From an uncultured Methylotenera sp. (lineage in GTDB: Bacteria > Pseudomonadota > Gammaproteobacteria > Burkholderiales > Methylophilaceae): a stretch of 64,000 bases of DNA. Made by a program: the position numbers and the translations under genes. The DNA is taken from the NCBI GenBank assembly GCA_965649545.1, contig CBFGLF010000001.1, positions 713 through 64,712 of the forward strand, in the 5' to 3' direction. Shown here piece by piece: positions 1-9,686 of the stretch. The notes under the pieces are model-generated. The model had not been told where the DNA came from. It saw only the letters and a list, made by a program, of their open reading frames with translations, and did not search any database. Each line of letters opens with the position of its first letter. Positions within the stretch are counted from its first letter, which is position 1.

Positions 1-672
1 ACACCGTCCAACCCCTCCAGCAACGGCATCGTTAGCACCACTTGCTGGGGCTGGCCGTGATGCTTCTGTAACTCGCGACCCATGAGCAGATTGAATTTCT
101 GATCGGTACCACCAAGCTCCACATCGGCTTTCAGCGCCACGGAGTCGTATCCTTGCAGCAAGGGATAGAGGAACTCATGGATCGCGATCGGCTGATTGTT
201 GTGATAGCGCTTGTGGAAATCATCACGCTCCAGCATGCGCGCCACCGTATGTGTAGCCGCCAGTTTCAGCATGCCCGCCGCACCTAACTCATTGAGCCAT
301 TTGGAATTGAACACGACTTCCGTCTGTTCTGGCTTCAGTATCTTGAACACCTGTTCGGCGTAGGACTTGGCGTTCTCCTGCACTTGCTCCACCGTTAGCG
401 GAGGTCGCGTGGCGCTCTTGCCGGTCGGGTCACCGATCATGCCGGTGAAGTCCCCGATCAGGAACAATATGTGGTGTCCGAGATCCTGGAACTGACGCAA
501 CTTGTTGAGCAGCACCGTATGACCCAGATGCAAGTCCGGGGCTGTCGGGTCGAACCCGGCCTTGATCCTCAGGGGCCTGCCAAGCTTCAGCTTGTCGATC
601 AGTTCCTGCTCGATCAACAGCTCGTCACTGCCACGCTTGATGATGGCCAGACTTTCATTGAGTTGCGTCATA
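1..672 (-). CDS. tyrS: tyrosine--tRNA ligase, N-terminal part (3' end lies beyond the window edge)
   Basis: Absent from the ORF track because it runs off the window edge. My minus-strand translation from ATG 672-670 gives [86 protein letters not shown]..., with a class-I HIGH-type motif (HLGH) and a TyrRS-like N-terminus. Confidence 0.9.
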
Positions 673-759
673 CTTATCTTTAGTCCTTACGTACTTATCG
701 CTTTCAATCTGCAGGGTTTTTCTGTTAGGATTGCCCGTCCGATCCCGTTATTTGAGGTA

Positions 760-2112
760 GTGCCGGTGCAGCAGAACGATCCTACTCATAAGCCAAGTAT
801 TCTAGCGCAAAACCCCACATTTAAAGAACGTAAGCTCCGCCTGCGTTGGTTGCTGGCGATTTCCAGCATCCCTCTGTTCGGGATCTATGCGGCCTTCGGT
901 ATCGCACCGCAAACCGTGGTCGAAGACATCCCGGTCGCCACTGTGGTCGAAGAATTGACCTTGCCAGAATATCGCGTCAGCGCAGATCCGACCGAGCTCG
1001 ATCAGAAACAATTCTGGCAAACCGATGTGGTCCGTCGCGACGATACGTTGTCCAGCCTGATGGCACGCCTCAACGTAACCAATGCTGAAGCCCTGAATTT
1101 CCTGCGCACCAACCCCGCTGCCAGCGGCCTCGCTTCGCAACTCATTCCCGGACGCTCCATTCAGGCTCAAACCACCGAAGATGGGGAATTGCTCACGTTG
1201 GAATATACCAACGGCAACGCCACGGTGCTACACATCGAGCGCACGGATTCCGGATATCAGGCAGAACTGCATGATGCCAGTTTCAAGACCCATAGCATCC
1301 TGAAAACCGCAGAGATCAAAAGCTCTTTATTCGGTGCTACCGATGAAGCGGGCATCCCTGACGCCATCGCTATCCAGCTTGCCGAGATCTTCTCCTCGGA
1401 CATCGACTTCCATAGCGATCTTCGTAAAGGTGACCGCTTCGTGGTGGTCTACGAAGCGAGCTACAGCAACGGTGAACTGATGCGGACGGGCCAAGTGTTG
1501 GCTGCGGAGTTCGTCAACAACGGCAAGACCTATCGCGCCGTGCGCTATCGCGATCCAGAGGGGCAAATCGGTTATTACACGCCTGAAGGCAAGAGCCTGC
1601 ATAAGTCTTTCTTGCGTTCGCCACTGGAATTCTCGCGTATCAGCTCCGGTTTCAGCCTCGGCCGATTCCATCCTATCCTGCAGACCATGCGCGCCCATAA
1701 GGGTGTGGATTATGCAGCCCCTACTGGCACCCGCATCAAGGCCTCTGCTGATGGTGTAGTTGATTTCGTCGGGGTCAAAGGCGGCTACGGTAATGTCATC
1801 ATCTTGCGTCATGCCAACGGTATCAGCACGGTCTATGGCCATCTTTCACGCTTCGCCGCGGGCCTGCGCAAAGGCACCCGCATCTCCCAAGGCGAGATCA
1901 TCGGCTTTGTGGGTATGTCGGGCATGGCGACCGGGCCTCACCTGCATTACGAGTTCCTCATGAACGGCCAGCATCGTGACCCTTTGAAAGTCGCTTTGCC
2001 AGCAGCTCAGCCTATCAAAGCCAAGTATGTGGCGGATTTTGAATCCAGCAGCGCGGAACTGGTAGCCCAGATCGACCTGCTCAGCGCAAGCAACCTAGCT
2101 TCTCTTGAATAG
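760..2112 (+). CDS. M23 family murein endopeptidase (MepM/YebA-like)
   Basis: ORF track 562..2112. M23/LytM signatures HKGVDYAAPTGTRI, GYGNVIILRH and GMSGMATGPHLHYEF; N-terminal membrane anchor LRWLLAISSIPLFGIYAAFGI. The longest ORF (TTG 562) overlaps the divergent tyrS start, so I place the start at GTG 760. Start uncertain. Confidence 0.85.
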   Translation: MPVQQNDPTHKPSILAQNPTFKERKLRLRWLLAISSIPLFGIYAAFGIAPQTVVEDIPVATVVEELTLPEYRVSADPTELDQKQFWQTDVVRRDDTLSSLMARLNVTNAEALNFLRTNPAASGLASQLIPGRSIQAQTTEDGELLTLEYTNGNATVLHIERTDSGYQAELHDASFKTHSILKTAEIKSSLFGATDEAGIPDAIAIQLAEIFSSDIDFHSDLRKGDRFVVVYEASYSNGELMRTGQVLAAEFVNNGKTYRAVRYRDPEGQIGYYTPEGKSLHKSFLRSPLEFSRISSGFSLGRFHPILQTMRAHKGVDYAAPTGTRIKASADGVVDFVGVKGGYGNVIILRHANGISTVYGHLSRFAAGLRKGTRISQGEIIGFVGMSGMATGPHLHYEFLMNGQHRDPLKVALPAAQPIKAKYVADFESSSAELVAQIDLLSASNLASLE

Positions 2113-3206
2113 TGGCTAGCGAGCTGTTCATCGGCTTGATGTCGGGCACCAGCCTGGACGGAGTCGATGCTGTGATTCTTGAACGATCGCCTGAACAGGA
2201 CTTGATCCGGCACACGGGCTTTGAGCCTTATCCGAACGAACTGCGCGATACCTTGCTTGCCTTGCAGCATCCCGCACAGGATGAATTGCATCAGACTGCA
2301 TTGGTCTCCAATCAGCTTGCCCACCTGTATGCAAAAGCGGTCAAGCAGGTGTTGGCATCATCGGGTCTAGCGGCCGATCGAATCGCCGCCATCGGTTGTC
2401 ATGGACAAACGATCCGTCACCGTCCGGAAGCCGCATATACCTTGCAGATCGGTAATCCGGCGTTGCTGGCTGAATTGACAGGGATCACCGTCGTCAGCGA
2501 CTTCCGTAGCCGGGATATCGCCGCAGGGGGTCAGGGTGCGCCGCTTGTGCCCGCCTTTCATCAAGCGGTATTCGGTGCAACAGGGCTCAACCGCGTGATC
2601 TTGAATATCGGCGGTATCGCCAATATCACTGTGCTACCACGAAGCGGTTCCGTCATAGGCTTCGATACCGGGCCCGGCAACCTCTTGATGGACGCGTGGG
2701 CCACGCAACATTTGGGCAAGCGATATGATGTCAATGGGGATTGGGCTGCCAGCGGGGTGGTCGTCGAATCTCTGCTGGCAAGTTGCCTTGATGAGCCCTT
2801 CTTTGATCTGCCGCCCCCGAAGAGCACTGGGCGCGATCTGTTCAATCTGACATGGCTAGCATCGAAGATCACAGATAGCCTGGCCCCAGCCGATGTGCAG
2901 CGCACCTTGCTTGAACTCACGACCGTGAGTATCGCCGATGCGATCCTCAAGCACTGCGATGAGGTCGATGAAGTCTATGTCTGTGGCGGCGGGGCGCACA
3001 ATGCGGCACTATTGAACGGATTACGCGGCAAATTGCCGCATACCCGTATCCTGTTGACCGATACACTGGGCATCTCTGCCGATTGGGTAGAGGCGGCCGC
3101 TTTTGCGTGGCTCGCCAGCCAGACCTTGCGCGGGTTGCCGGGCAACTTACCTGAGGTAACAGGCGCGAAAGGTGAGAGAATATTGGGCGCGGTTTATGCT
3201 AGCTGA
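2112..3206 (+). CDS. anmK: anhydro-N-acetylmuramic acid kinase
   Basis: 364 aa. MASELFIGLMSGTSLDGVDAV..., GPGNLLMD and CGGGAHN are typical of AnmK. The GTG start overlaps the upstream stop. The M23 peptidase-anmK-erpA-argC neighbourhood matches Pseudomonas. Confidence 0.9.
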   Translation: MASELFIGLMSGTSLDGVDAVILERSPEQDLIRHTGFEPYPNELRDTLLALQHPAQDELHQTALVSNQLAHLYAKAVKQVLASSGLAADRIAAIGCHGQTIRHRPEAAYTLQIGNPALLAELTGITVVSDFRSRDIAAGGQGAPLVPAFHQAVFGATGLNRVILNIGGIANITVLPRSGSVIGFDTGPGNLLMDAWATQHLGKRYDVNGDWAASGVVVESLLASCLDEPFFDLPPPKSTGRDLFNLTWLASKITDSLAPADVQRTLLELTTVSIADAILKHCDEVDEVYVCGGGAHNAALLNGLRGKLPHTRILLTDTLGISADWVEAAAFAWLASQTLRGLPGNLPEVTGAKGERILGAVYAS

Positions 3207-3245
3207 ATTTAAGCATCCATCATCTTAGAAACAAACGATAACGTT

Positions 3246-4538
3246 ATGAAACCTACTAAAGTCACTTTGACATTCGATGACGGCTCCGCGCCAATCGATC
3301 TGCCTATCGTTTCGGGCAATCTTGGCGCCAACGTCATCGATATCCGCCAGCTCGGCAAGCACGGCATCTTCACTTACGATCCGGGCTTCCTGTCCACGGC
3401 CTCGTGCAGCTCCGAGATCACTTACATCGATGGGGATGAAGGCCTGCTGTATTACCGCGGCTACCCGATCCAGCAGCTGGCTGAGCATTGCGATTTCCTG
3501 GAAGTCTCTTACTTACTGATGCATGGCGAGTTGCCGAATCAGCAGCAGAAGGAGACTTTCGTAAGTACGATCAATCGCCACACCATGCTGCATGACCAGC
3601 TCAACAACATCTTCCGCGGGTTCCGTCGCGACGCGCACCCGATGGCCGTCATGGTTGGCGTGGTAGGTTCGATGTCCGCCTTCTATAACGATTCGATGGA
3701 TGTGCGCGATCCCAAGGTGCGTGAGGTAGCCGCTTACCGCTTGCTGGCCAAGGTCCCGACCGTGGCTGCCTGGAGCTACAAGTACAACCTTGGTCAACCG
3801 TTCATGTATCCGCAGAAGCGCTATAACTTCGCGGAGAACTTCATGCACATGATGTTCGCCACCCCGACTGAGGATTACGAGCCTAATCCTGTGCTGGCCA
3901 AGGCCTTCGACCGTATCCTCATCCTGCATGCCGACCACGAGCAGAACGCCTCGACCTCAACCGTACGCCTTGCGGGCTCCAGCGGGGCCAATCCATTCGC
4001 GTGTGTCGCCGCCGGTATCGCCTCGCTCTGGGGACCGGCGCATGGCGGGGCCAATGAAGCCACATTGAAGATGTTGGAAGAGATCGGTGACGTCAGCCGC
4101 ATCGGCGAGTACATCAAGCGCGCCAAGGACAAGACCGATTCGTTCCGGCTCATGGGCTTCGGCCATCGCGTCTACAGGAACATGGATCCACGTGCAGCGA
4201 TCATGCGCGAGACCTGCCATCAGGTGCTGGATGAGATGGGACTCAACGACGACCCGATGTTCAAGCTTGCGCTCAAACTCGAGCAGATCGCGCTGGAAGA
4301 CGAATATTTCGTCAGTAAACAACTCTATCCGAATGTCGATTTCTATTCTGGCATCGTCATGCGCGCCATGGGCATCCCCAACTCCATGTTCACGGCGATC
4401 TTCGCGCTAGCCAGAACCGCAGGCTGGGTGGCACAGTGGAACGAGATGCTATCGGATCCAGAGGCGAGGATCGGCAGACCACGCCAGCTCTATACAGGTG
4501 CGACGCGCCGGGAGTTCGTCCCGCTGGACAAACGATAA
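3246..4538 (+). CDS. gltA: citrate synthase (type II)
   Basis: 430 aa. [29 protein letters not shown] and GFGHRVY are citrate synthase signatures. Confidence 0.93.
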   Translation: MKPTKVTLTFDDGSAPIDLPIVSGNLGANVIDIRQLGKHGIFTYDPGFLSTASCSSEITYIDGDEGLLYYRGYPIQQLAEHCDFLEVSYLLMHGELPNQQQKETFVSTINRHTMLHDQLNNIFRGFRRDAHPMAVMVGVVGSMSAFYNDSMDVRDPKVREVAAYRLLAKVPTVAAWSYKYNLGQPFMYPQKRYNFAENFMHMMFATPTEDYEPNPVLAKAFDRILILHADHEQNASTSTVRLAGSSGANPFACVAAGIASLWGPAHGGANEATLKMLEEIGDVSRIGEYIKRAKDKTDSFRLMGFGHRVYRNMDPRAAIMRETCHQVLDEMGLNDDPMFKLALKLEQIALEDEYFVSKQLYPNVDFYSGIVMRAMGIPNSMFTAIFALARTAGWVAQWNEMLSDPEARIGRPRQLYTGATRREFVPLDKR

Positions 4539-4552
4539 GGGCGACGGACAAC

Positions 4553-4579
4553 AAAAAAGGCGCCTGAGGCGCCTTTTTT
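4553..4579. terminator. bidirectional rho-independent terminator between convergent gltA and erpA
   Basis: aaaaaaggcgcc-tga-ggcgcctttttt: a GC stem flanked by an A-run and a T-run. Confidence 0.75.
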
Positions 4580-4595
4580 GTCGATACCGTTACCC

Positions 4596-4946
4596 TTAAA
4601 CCGAGAAGGATGAGCCACAACCACAGGTCGTGGTCGCGTTCGGGTTGCGAATCACGAATTGCGAACCCTGCAAGCTATCCTGATAATCGATCTCTGCGCC
4701 CATGAGGTATTGCAGGCTCATCGGGTCGATCAGCAAGGTCACGGCATCCTTCTGCACTTGGGTATCATCCTCGTTCACCGTGTCTTCAAAGGTAAAACCG
4801 TACTGGAAACCCGAACAACCGCCACCGCTGACGAAAACGCGCAGCTTAAGATCGGGAGAACCCTCTTCTTCGATGAGCTCTTTCACCTTCTTGGCCGCGT
4901 TGTCGGTAAAGACCAATGGGCTTGGCATTTCAGTCACTGCATTCAT
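4596..4946 (-). CDS. erpA: iron-sulfur cluster insertion protein ErpA (A-type carrier)
   Basis: 116 aa. [17 protein letters not shown] and a C-terminal CGCGSSF cysteine triad. Confidence 0.9.
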   Translation of the reverse strand: MNAVTEMPSPLVFTDNAAKKVKELIEEEGSPDLKLRVFVSGGGCSGFQYGFTFEDTVNEDDTQVQKDAVTLLIDPMSLQYLMGAEIDYQDSLQGSQFVIRNPNATTTCGCGSSFSV

Positions 4947-5010
4947 GATGTGCTCCTAAATTCCTAATCAAACATTATCCTGCGTGAGAGACTGCAGGTC
5001 AATCAAAGAC

Positions 5011-5421
5011 TTACGAAGTCTTCTCAGCCAGTAAGGGGTCGATGGTCACCTCGGTCTCGCCATCGCCCAGATAGATCAGTTTGCCTTCCACCACAGCCCC
5101 GGTGTGCATCTCCAGAGATTTGTAGTACACATCTCCAGTGACCCTGGATTTGGTCTGCAGTTCAAGATAATGACTCGCCCTGACGGGTCCAACCACTTTA
5201 CCGTTGATGACGATCTGCGAAACGGTCACGGCGCCTTCGATCCGGCCATGCTCGCTAAGGATCAGCGTCCCCGGGCTCTCGGTCTTTTCAGTCACGTTGC
5301 CTCGCACACTTCCATCGACGCGGATACCGCCTGTGAACTGGATATCGCCTGCGATATGGGTGTCAACACCGACCAGGGTATCGATACGGTTCTGCGGCTT
5401 ATTACGGTTTTTCGAAAACAT
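5011..5421 (-). CDS. bactofilin family cytoskeletal protein
   Basis: 136 aa. Repetitive beta-helix pattern IAGDIQFTGGIRVDGSVRGNV ... IEGAVTVSQIVINGKVVGPV ... VTGDVYYKSLEMHTGAVVEGKLI. Confidence 0.8.
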   Translation of the reverse strand: MFSKNRNKPQNRIDTLVGVDTHIAGDIQFTGGIRVDGSVRGNVTEKTESPGTLILSEHGRIEGAVTVSQIVINGKVVGPVRASHYLELQTKSRVTGDVYYKSLEMHTGAVVEGKLIYLGDGETEVTIDPLLAEKTS

Positions 5422-5445
5422 GCGATGCCTCGTTCGGACAATAAC

Positions 5446-6156
5446 TCAAGCCGGCAAGTCTACCCTTTGACTAATCTTGGGTTGGCTTGCCCCAATTTCA
5501 ATGAAGCTAGCTTCAACACTTTCCACGTTCATGTTCTCAGGCAGGCTGAACGTGCCATCCAGACGTTGATAATACTTGAAATTGATTTTCATCGCCTGCG
5601 ACGCGTTGGCGTCGAGGTTGACGGGAACCGACACTGGCTGGCCATCCTTGGTGCCGTTCAGCATCAACCGCATCTGCCCCTGTATCGTGCGGTTGCTACG
5701 ACCCGACTGCACGATCATGAGGTGATACTCATACGCGCCAGCCTGCATGCCCTTGACCAGGCGAAAACTCTGCAGCTTGACCTCGCTGGGTCCAGGCGCT
5801 TCGTTGAGGATGTTCCGATAGAACTCGACATCCTCTTTCAAGCGTATCCCTTCATCCTGCAATCTAGCCAACTCGAGCGCCAGATTATCCTGCGCGGCAC
5901 GCTCGACCTGCATCTGCCGCTCTCCGTGTACAAGCTTGGCCTGCAATGCACGGTTCTCCTCGATCATGTGTTCGAGGCTACCCCTGAGGTTGCCGAACTC
6001 ACCCCCGGCCAATTGCCAGTAAGCGATGAGATAGCCAAAGAACACCAGCACGCACGCCAGCAAGGGACGCCAGAACCAGGGTCGTTGCGAACGGATCGCC
6101 ACGCGCCTGGAAGTGGCGCCAAAATGACGCTTGAGTCGGCGTGATACGTGTCTCAC
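5446..6156 (-). CDS. membrane-anchored coiled-coil protein of unknown function (DUF6776-like by recollection)
   Basis: 236 aa. Basic N-terminus, one TM ([19 protein letters not shown]), a coiled-coil segment ([48 protein letters not shown]), then a beta-rich domain. The GTG start overlaps the argC stop (GTGA). Confidence 0.6.
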   Translation of the reverse strand: MRHVSRRLKRHFGATSRRVAIRSQRPWFWRPLLACVLVFFGYLIAYWQLAGGEFGNLRGSLEHMIEENRALQAKLVHGERQMQVERAAQDNLALELARLQDEGIRLKEDVEFYRNILNEAPGPSEVKLQSFRLVKGMQAGAYEYHLMIVQSGRSNRTIQGQMRLMLNGTKDGQPVSVPVNLDANASQAMKINFKYYQRLDGTFSLPENMNVESVEASFIEIGASQPKISQRVDLPA

Positions 6157-7202
6157 GGCAATAACGGCATGATCTGAAGGCCGGTCATTTCAGGTAGATC
6201 GAACATGATGTTCATGTTCTGTACCGCCTGACCCGCAGCGCCCTTGACCAGATTATCGATGACCGACAGGACGACCACCGTATCGCCGCCTTGTGGCTGA
6301 TGGACGGCGATCCGGCATTGATTGGAGCCGCGCACCGACCGCGTCTCGGGATGCGCCCCTTTGGGCAACACATCGACGAACTGTTCATGGGCATACCGCT
6401 GTTCGAACAGGGCCTGCAGATCGACTTGTTGGTTCAATCTGGCGTAGAGCGTCGCATGGATACCCCGTATCAACGGCGTCAGGTGCGGTACAAAAGTCAG
6501 GCCGACCGATTTACCAGACATCCGGGCAAGGCCCTGACTGATCTCGGGCAGATGCCTGTGGCCGCCAACGCCGTATGCCTTGAAGTTATCGCCAGCCTCC
6601 GCGAACAGGGTGTGCACTTCCGCTTTACGACCGGCGCCACTGACACCGGATTTGGCGTCGGCGATCAGGTGATCCACATCGACCAACCCTGCTTCCAGCA
6701 ATGGCAGAAAACCCAGCTGCACGGCCGTGGGATAGCATCCAGGGTTCGCCACCAGTTGTGCGGTCCGGATCTGTTCCCGATTCAATTCCGGCAACCCGTA
6801 CACGGCCTGGGCGACCAGGTCAGGACAGGCGTGGGTCATGCCGTACCACTTTTCCCACTCGGCGATATCCTGGATACGGAAATCCGCCGCCAGATCGATC
6901 ACCCGCACGCCCTTATCCAGTAGCGCTCTAGTTTGCTGCATGGCGATGCCATTCGGGGTGGCGAAGAACACCACATCGCAACTACCGAGGTCCGCTTGCG
7001 CCGGATCGACGAAGTTGAGACCGACATAACCGCGCAGATTGGGGAACATGTCCGCAACCGGCATGCCAGCTTCGCCACGGGAAGTAATGGCTGTCAGTTC
7101 GATGTTGGGATGCAGGGCCAGCAACCTTAATAATTCGACCCCGGTATATCCTGTGCCGCCGACGATCCCGACTTTCAATGTTTTACTTTGCATGGCTTTC
7201 AA
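6153..7202 (-). CDS. argC: N-acetyl-gamma-glutamyl-phosphate reductase
   Basis: 349 aa. [18 protein letters not shown] Rossmann N-terminus and the active-site region NPGCYPTA. Confidence 0.92.
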   Translation of the reverse strand: MKAMQSKTLKVGIVGGTGYTGVELLRLLALHPNIELTAITSRGEAGMPVADMFPNLRGYVGLNFVDPAQADLGSCDVVFFATPNGIAMQQTRALLDKGVRVIDLAADFRIQDIAEWEKWYGMTHACPDLVAQAVYGLPELNREQIRTAQLVANPGCYPTAVQLGFLPLLEAGLVDVDHLIADAKSGVSGAGRKAEVHTLFAEAGDNFKAYGVGGHRHLPEISQGLARMSGKSVGLTFVPHLTPLIRGIHATLYARLNQQVDLQALFEQRYAHEQFVDVLPKGAHPETRSVRGSNQCRIAVHQPQGGDTVVVLSVIDNLVKGAAGQAVQNMNIMFDLPEMTGLQIMPLLP

Positions 7203-7246
7203 TACCTATACTCAAGTTGCATGGTAACAAATGCGGCGCAGATAAC

Positions 7247-7274
7247 AAAAAAGCCGCAACAAGTGCGGCTTTTT
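7247..7274 (-). terminator. rho-independent terminator of the rplM-rpsI operon
   Basis: aaaaaagccgca-acaag-tgcggcttttt. Read on the minus strand, the hairpin is followed by a T-run, 30 nt after the rpsI stop. Confidence 0.7.
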
Positions 7275-7303
7275 CGAAGTTCCAGTAAGCAGTGTCCGGA
7301 AGC

Positions 7304-7696
7304 TTAGCGCTTGGAGAACTGTTTACGACGACGCGCCTTGCGCAAGCCGACTTTCTTACGCTCGACTTCACGTGCATCACGGGTAACGAAGCCTGCCTTG
7401 GACAGTGCACTCTTCAGCGCCGCATCGTAATCGATCAGCGCGCGGGTGATGCCGTGACGTACAGCACCTGCCTGGCCGGATTCACCGCCACCGACGACAT
7501 TCACGAGGATGTCGAAGCTGCTGGTGTTCTCGGTCAGTTCCAGAGGCTGACGCAGGATCATGCGTGAGGTCACGCGGGAGAAGTATTCGTCAGCTGGCTT
7601 GTCATTGACAATGATGTTGCCTTTGCCGGACTTCAGGAATACACGAGCTACCGAACTCTTGCGGCGGCCAGTACCATAGTTGTATTTACCAATCAT
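7304..7696 (-). CDS. rpsI: 30S ribosomal protein S9
   Basis: 130 aa. [14 protein letters not shown] ... [19 protein letters not shown] ... C-terminal RRRKQFSKR. Confidence 0.95.
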   Translation of the reverse strand: MIGKYNYGTGRRKSSVARVFLKSGKGNIIVNDKPADEYFSRVTSRMILRQPLELTENTSSFDILVNVVGGGESGQAGAVRHGITRALIDYDAALKSALSKAGFVTRDAREVERKKVGLRKARRRKQFSKR

Positions 7697-7705
7697 CGCT
7701 TATCC

Positions 7706-8146
7706 TTAAGCTTGGCTTTGAATTTTCAAAGGTTGTGGCTGTTGTGCCACATGATCATGCTTCTCGCCAGCGTATACCTTCAGCTTGCGGAACATCGCAT
7801 AACCCAGTGGACCCTTTGGCAACATGCCTTTGACAGCCTTTTCCAGCGCACGGCCTGGGAAACGCTCTTGCATCTTGGCAAAGGTGGTGGTGGAGATACC
7901 ACCTGGATAACCGGAGTGACGGTGGTATTGCTTATCGCCAGCCTTGTTACCCGTTACCTTGATCTTGTCGGCATTGATGACGACAATGTAATCGCCCGTA
8001 TCAACGTGCGGTGTGTAAATGGTTTTATGCTTGCCACGCAGGCGATGCGCAATCTCGCTCGCCAAACGGCCCAGCACCAGGTCGGTAGCATCTACTACGA
8101 ACCAGTCGCGCTTTACTTCATGCGCTTTTGCGGAAAAGGTTTTCAT
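7706..8146 (-). CDS. rplM: 50S ribosomal protein L13
   Basis: ORF track 7706..8158. The canonical L13 N-terminus [20 protein letters not shown] begins at ATG 8146 (the longest ORF starts at TTG 8158). Confidence 0.95.
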   Translation of the reverse strand: MKTFSAKAHEVKRDWFVVDATDLVLGRLASEIAHRLRGKHKTIYTPHVDTGDYIVVINADKIKVTGNKAGDKQYHRHSGYPGGISTTTFAKMQERFPGRALEKAVKGMLPKGPLGYAMFRKLKVYAGEKHDHVAQQPQPLKIQSQA

Positions 8147-8184
8147 CGGACTACTCAATAATCGCTGAAAAAATCAAGAGGCGG

Positions 8185-8214
8185 ATTTTATGTCACGGCC
8201 TTGTCGTTTGTCAA
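8185..8214 (-). promoter_or_regulatory. candidate sigma70 promoter of rplM-rpsI
   Basis: Minus strand reads TTGACA (8214-8209), an 18-nt spacer, then TAAAAT (8190-8185). The -35 lies inside the palindrome TCGTTTG-T-CAAACGA (8204-8218). Confidence 0.45.
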
Positions 8215-8249
8215 ACGATATGTGGCGCGATTTCCGGTTTTGATCGAAC

Positions 8250-9122
8250 TTAAATCCAATAACTGGCGAAAACGCCGACAAAGACCGCGGCACCCAGCCA
8301 ATTGTTATGGAGAAAGGCCTTGAAACAGGCGCCGCGTTCACGCCGCCTGATCAGCGTGTAATGATACGCGGCAATCATGCCGGCGACCAGCAGTCCCGCA
8401 TAATAAGGCCATAACAAATGTAGCTGCATACCTATATATACGAGCAAGCCGAGGGTTACCAGGTAACTCAGCAACACGGCAGCGACATCGAATCGCCCGA
8501 AGAAGATGGCTGAGGAACGGATACCGATCTTGAGGTCATCCGGCCGGTCCACCATGGCATATTCCGTATCATAGGCGATGGCCCAGAACACGTTGGCCAG
8601 TAGCATCAGCCACGCTACGCACGGAACTTCCCCGCGCACCGCTGCGAAAGCCATGGGAATGCCGAAGCCGAACGCGATGCCGAGATAGGCCTGAGGGATC
8701 GCCAGAAAACGCTTGGTCAGCGGATAGGTCGCCGCCAGGAACAGGGCGGCGAAAGACAACAGGATGGTCAGCTTATTCAGGAACAACACGAACATGAAGG
8801 CGACCAGGCTCAACGCTGTTGCCAGAATCAGCGCCTCCTTCACCGTCACCTCCCGCGTCGCTAAAGGGCGAAGCTGGGTGCGCTCCACCTGGCCGTCATA
8901 ATCCCTGTCAGCCACATCGTTCATCACACAGCCTGCAGACCGCATGAGGACTGTGCCCATGACGAAGATCAGCACGATCTGCCACGGCGGATGCCCATCG
9001 CCTGCGATCCATAGCGCCCACAAGGTCGGCCACAACAGTAACAAGATGCCGATCGGCTTATCGAGACGCATCAGCCGTTCATAGGCGTCGAGTTTCATCG
9101 CCAGCTTGCCCCAACGTGTCAT
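8250..9122 (-). CDS. ubiA: 4-hydroxybenzoate polyprenyltransferase
   Basis: 290 aa polytopic membrane protein with the UbiA motif [15 protein letters not shown]. Confidence 0.9.
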   Translation of the reverse strand: MTRWGKLAMKLDAYERLMRLDKPIGILLLLWPTLWALWIAGDGHPPWQIVLIFVMGTVLMRSAGCVMNDVADRDYDGQVERTQLRPLATREVTVKEALILATALSLVAFMFVLFLNKLTILLSFAALFLAATYPLTKRFLAIPQAYLGIAFGFGIPMAFAAVRGEVPCVAWLMLLANVFWAIAYDTEYAMVDRPDDLKIGIRSSAIFFGRFDVAAVLLSYLVTLGLLVYIGMQLHLLWPYYAGLLVAGMIAAYHYTLIRRRERGACFKAFLHNNWLGAAVFVGVFASYWI

Positions 9123-9664
9123 TTCAGCACCTCCGGCAAGAACACTTCAGTGACGAGAATAGCCGCGCAACCGAGCCTGAACACGGAACGTCGGGCCCAG
9201 ATGTCGCCCGTCTGCGCGATCAGGTGCGCAGTCGCCCTGCGATACAAAGGGTGATGACGGTGCAGTTTCTTGTACTCCAGTGGCGTACGCCTCACGCGGG
9301 GATCGGCGAACAACTGGCCGCCGAGCGGTCTATTCCCCAGACGCGCCAAACCCAGCCAGGGCCCGCGCAGGCTCTTGTGCGGGAGGATACTGTGGGCGAA
9401 CACCACGGGACGCCCGGCGCAGATCAGACGGACCTCGCGCAGCAAAGCCAAACGTCTTGCCGGCGTGCATAAGAGTTGTGCTTCATCGAGCTTGGGCTGT
9501 GCGTCGATGACCCGAACACGCTGCACGGCAAACTCCAGGCAACGGCGCTGTAGCCGACGCGTCAGCGATCCACCATCCACCAGCCATGATTTGTAGGCAC
9601 CGCTCCCCATGGGCCGGCGCAGCCAGCGCATGCGGGGATGGGAGGTTTGAGGAAAGACTTTCAC
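9119..9664 (-). CDS. ubiC: chorismate--pyruvate lyase
   Basis: 181 aa, translationally coupled to ubiA (4-nt overlap). UbiC-like SLTRRL ... REV.L...G.PVVFAHS pattern. Confidence 0.7.
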   Translation of the reverse strand: MKVFPQTSHPRMRWLRRPMGSGAYKSWLVDGGSLTRRLQRRCLEFAVQRVRVIDAQPKLDEAQLLCTPARRLALLREVRLICAGRPVVFAHSILPHKSLRGPWLGLARLGNRPLGGQLFADPRVRRTPLEYKKLHRHHPLYRRATAHLIAQTGDIWARRSVFRLGCAAILVTEVFLPEVLK

Positions 9665-9686
9665 GACGGGATTATCTCAGGACTCG

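Noticed and set aside
471-759. The plus-strand 70-aa ORF 471..683 and the TTG-562 extension of the M23 peptidase ORF.
   Set aside because: Both overlap the 5' end of the clearly coding minus-strand tyrS. The peptidase's hydrophobic anchor and conserved domains begin well downstream.
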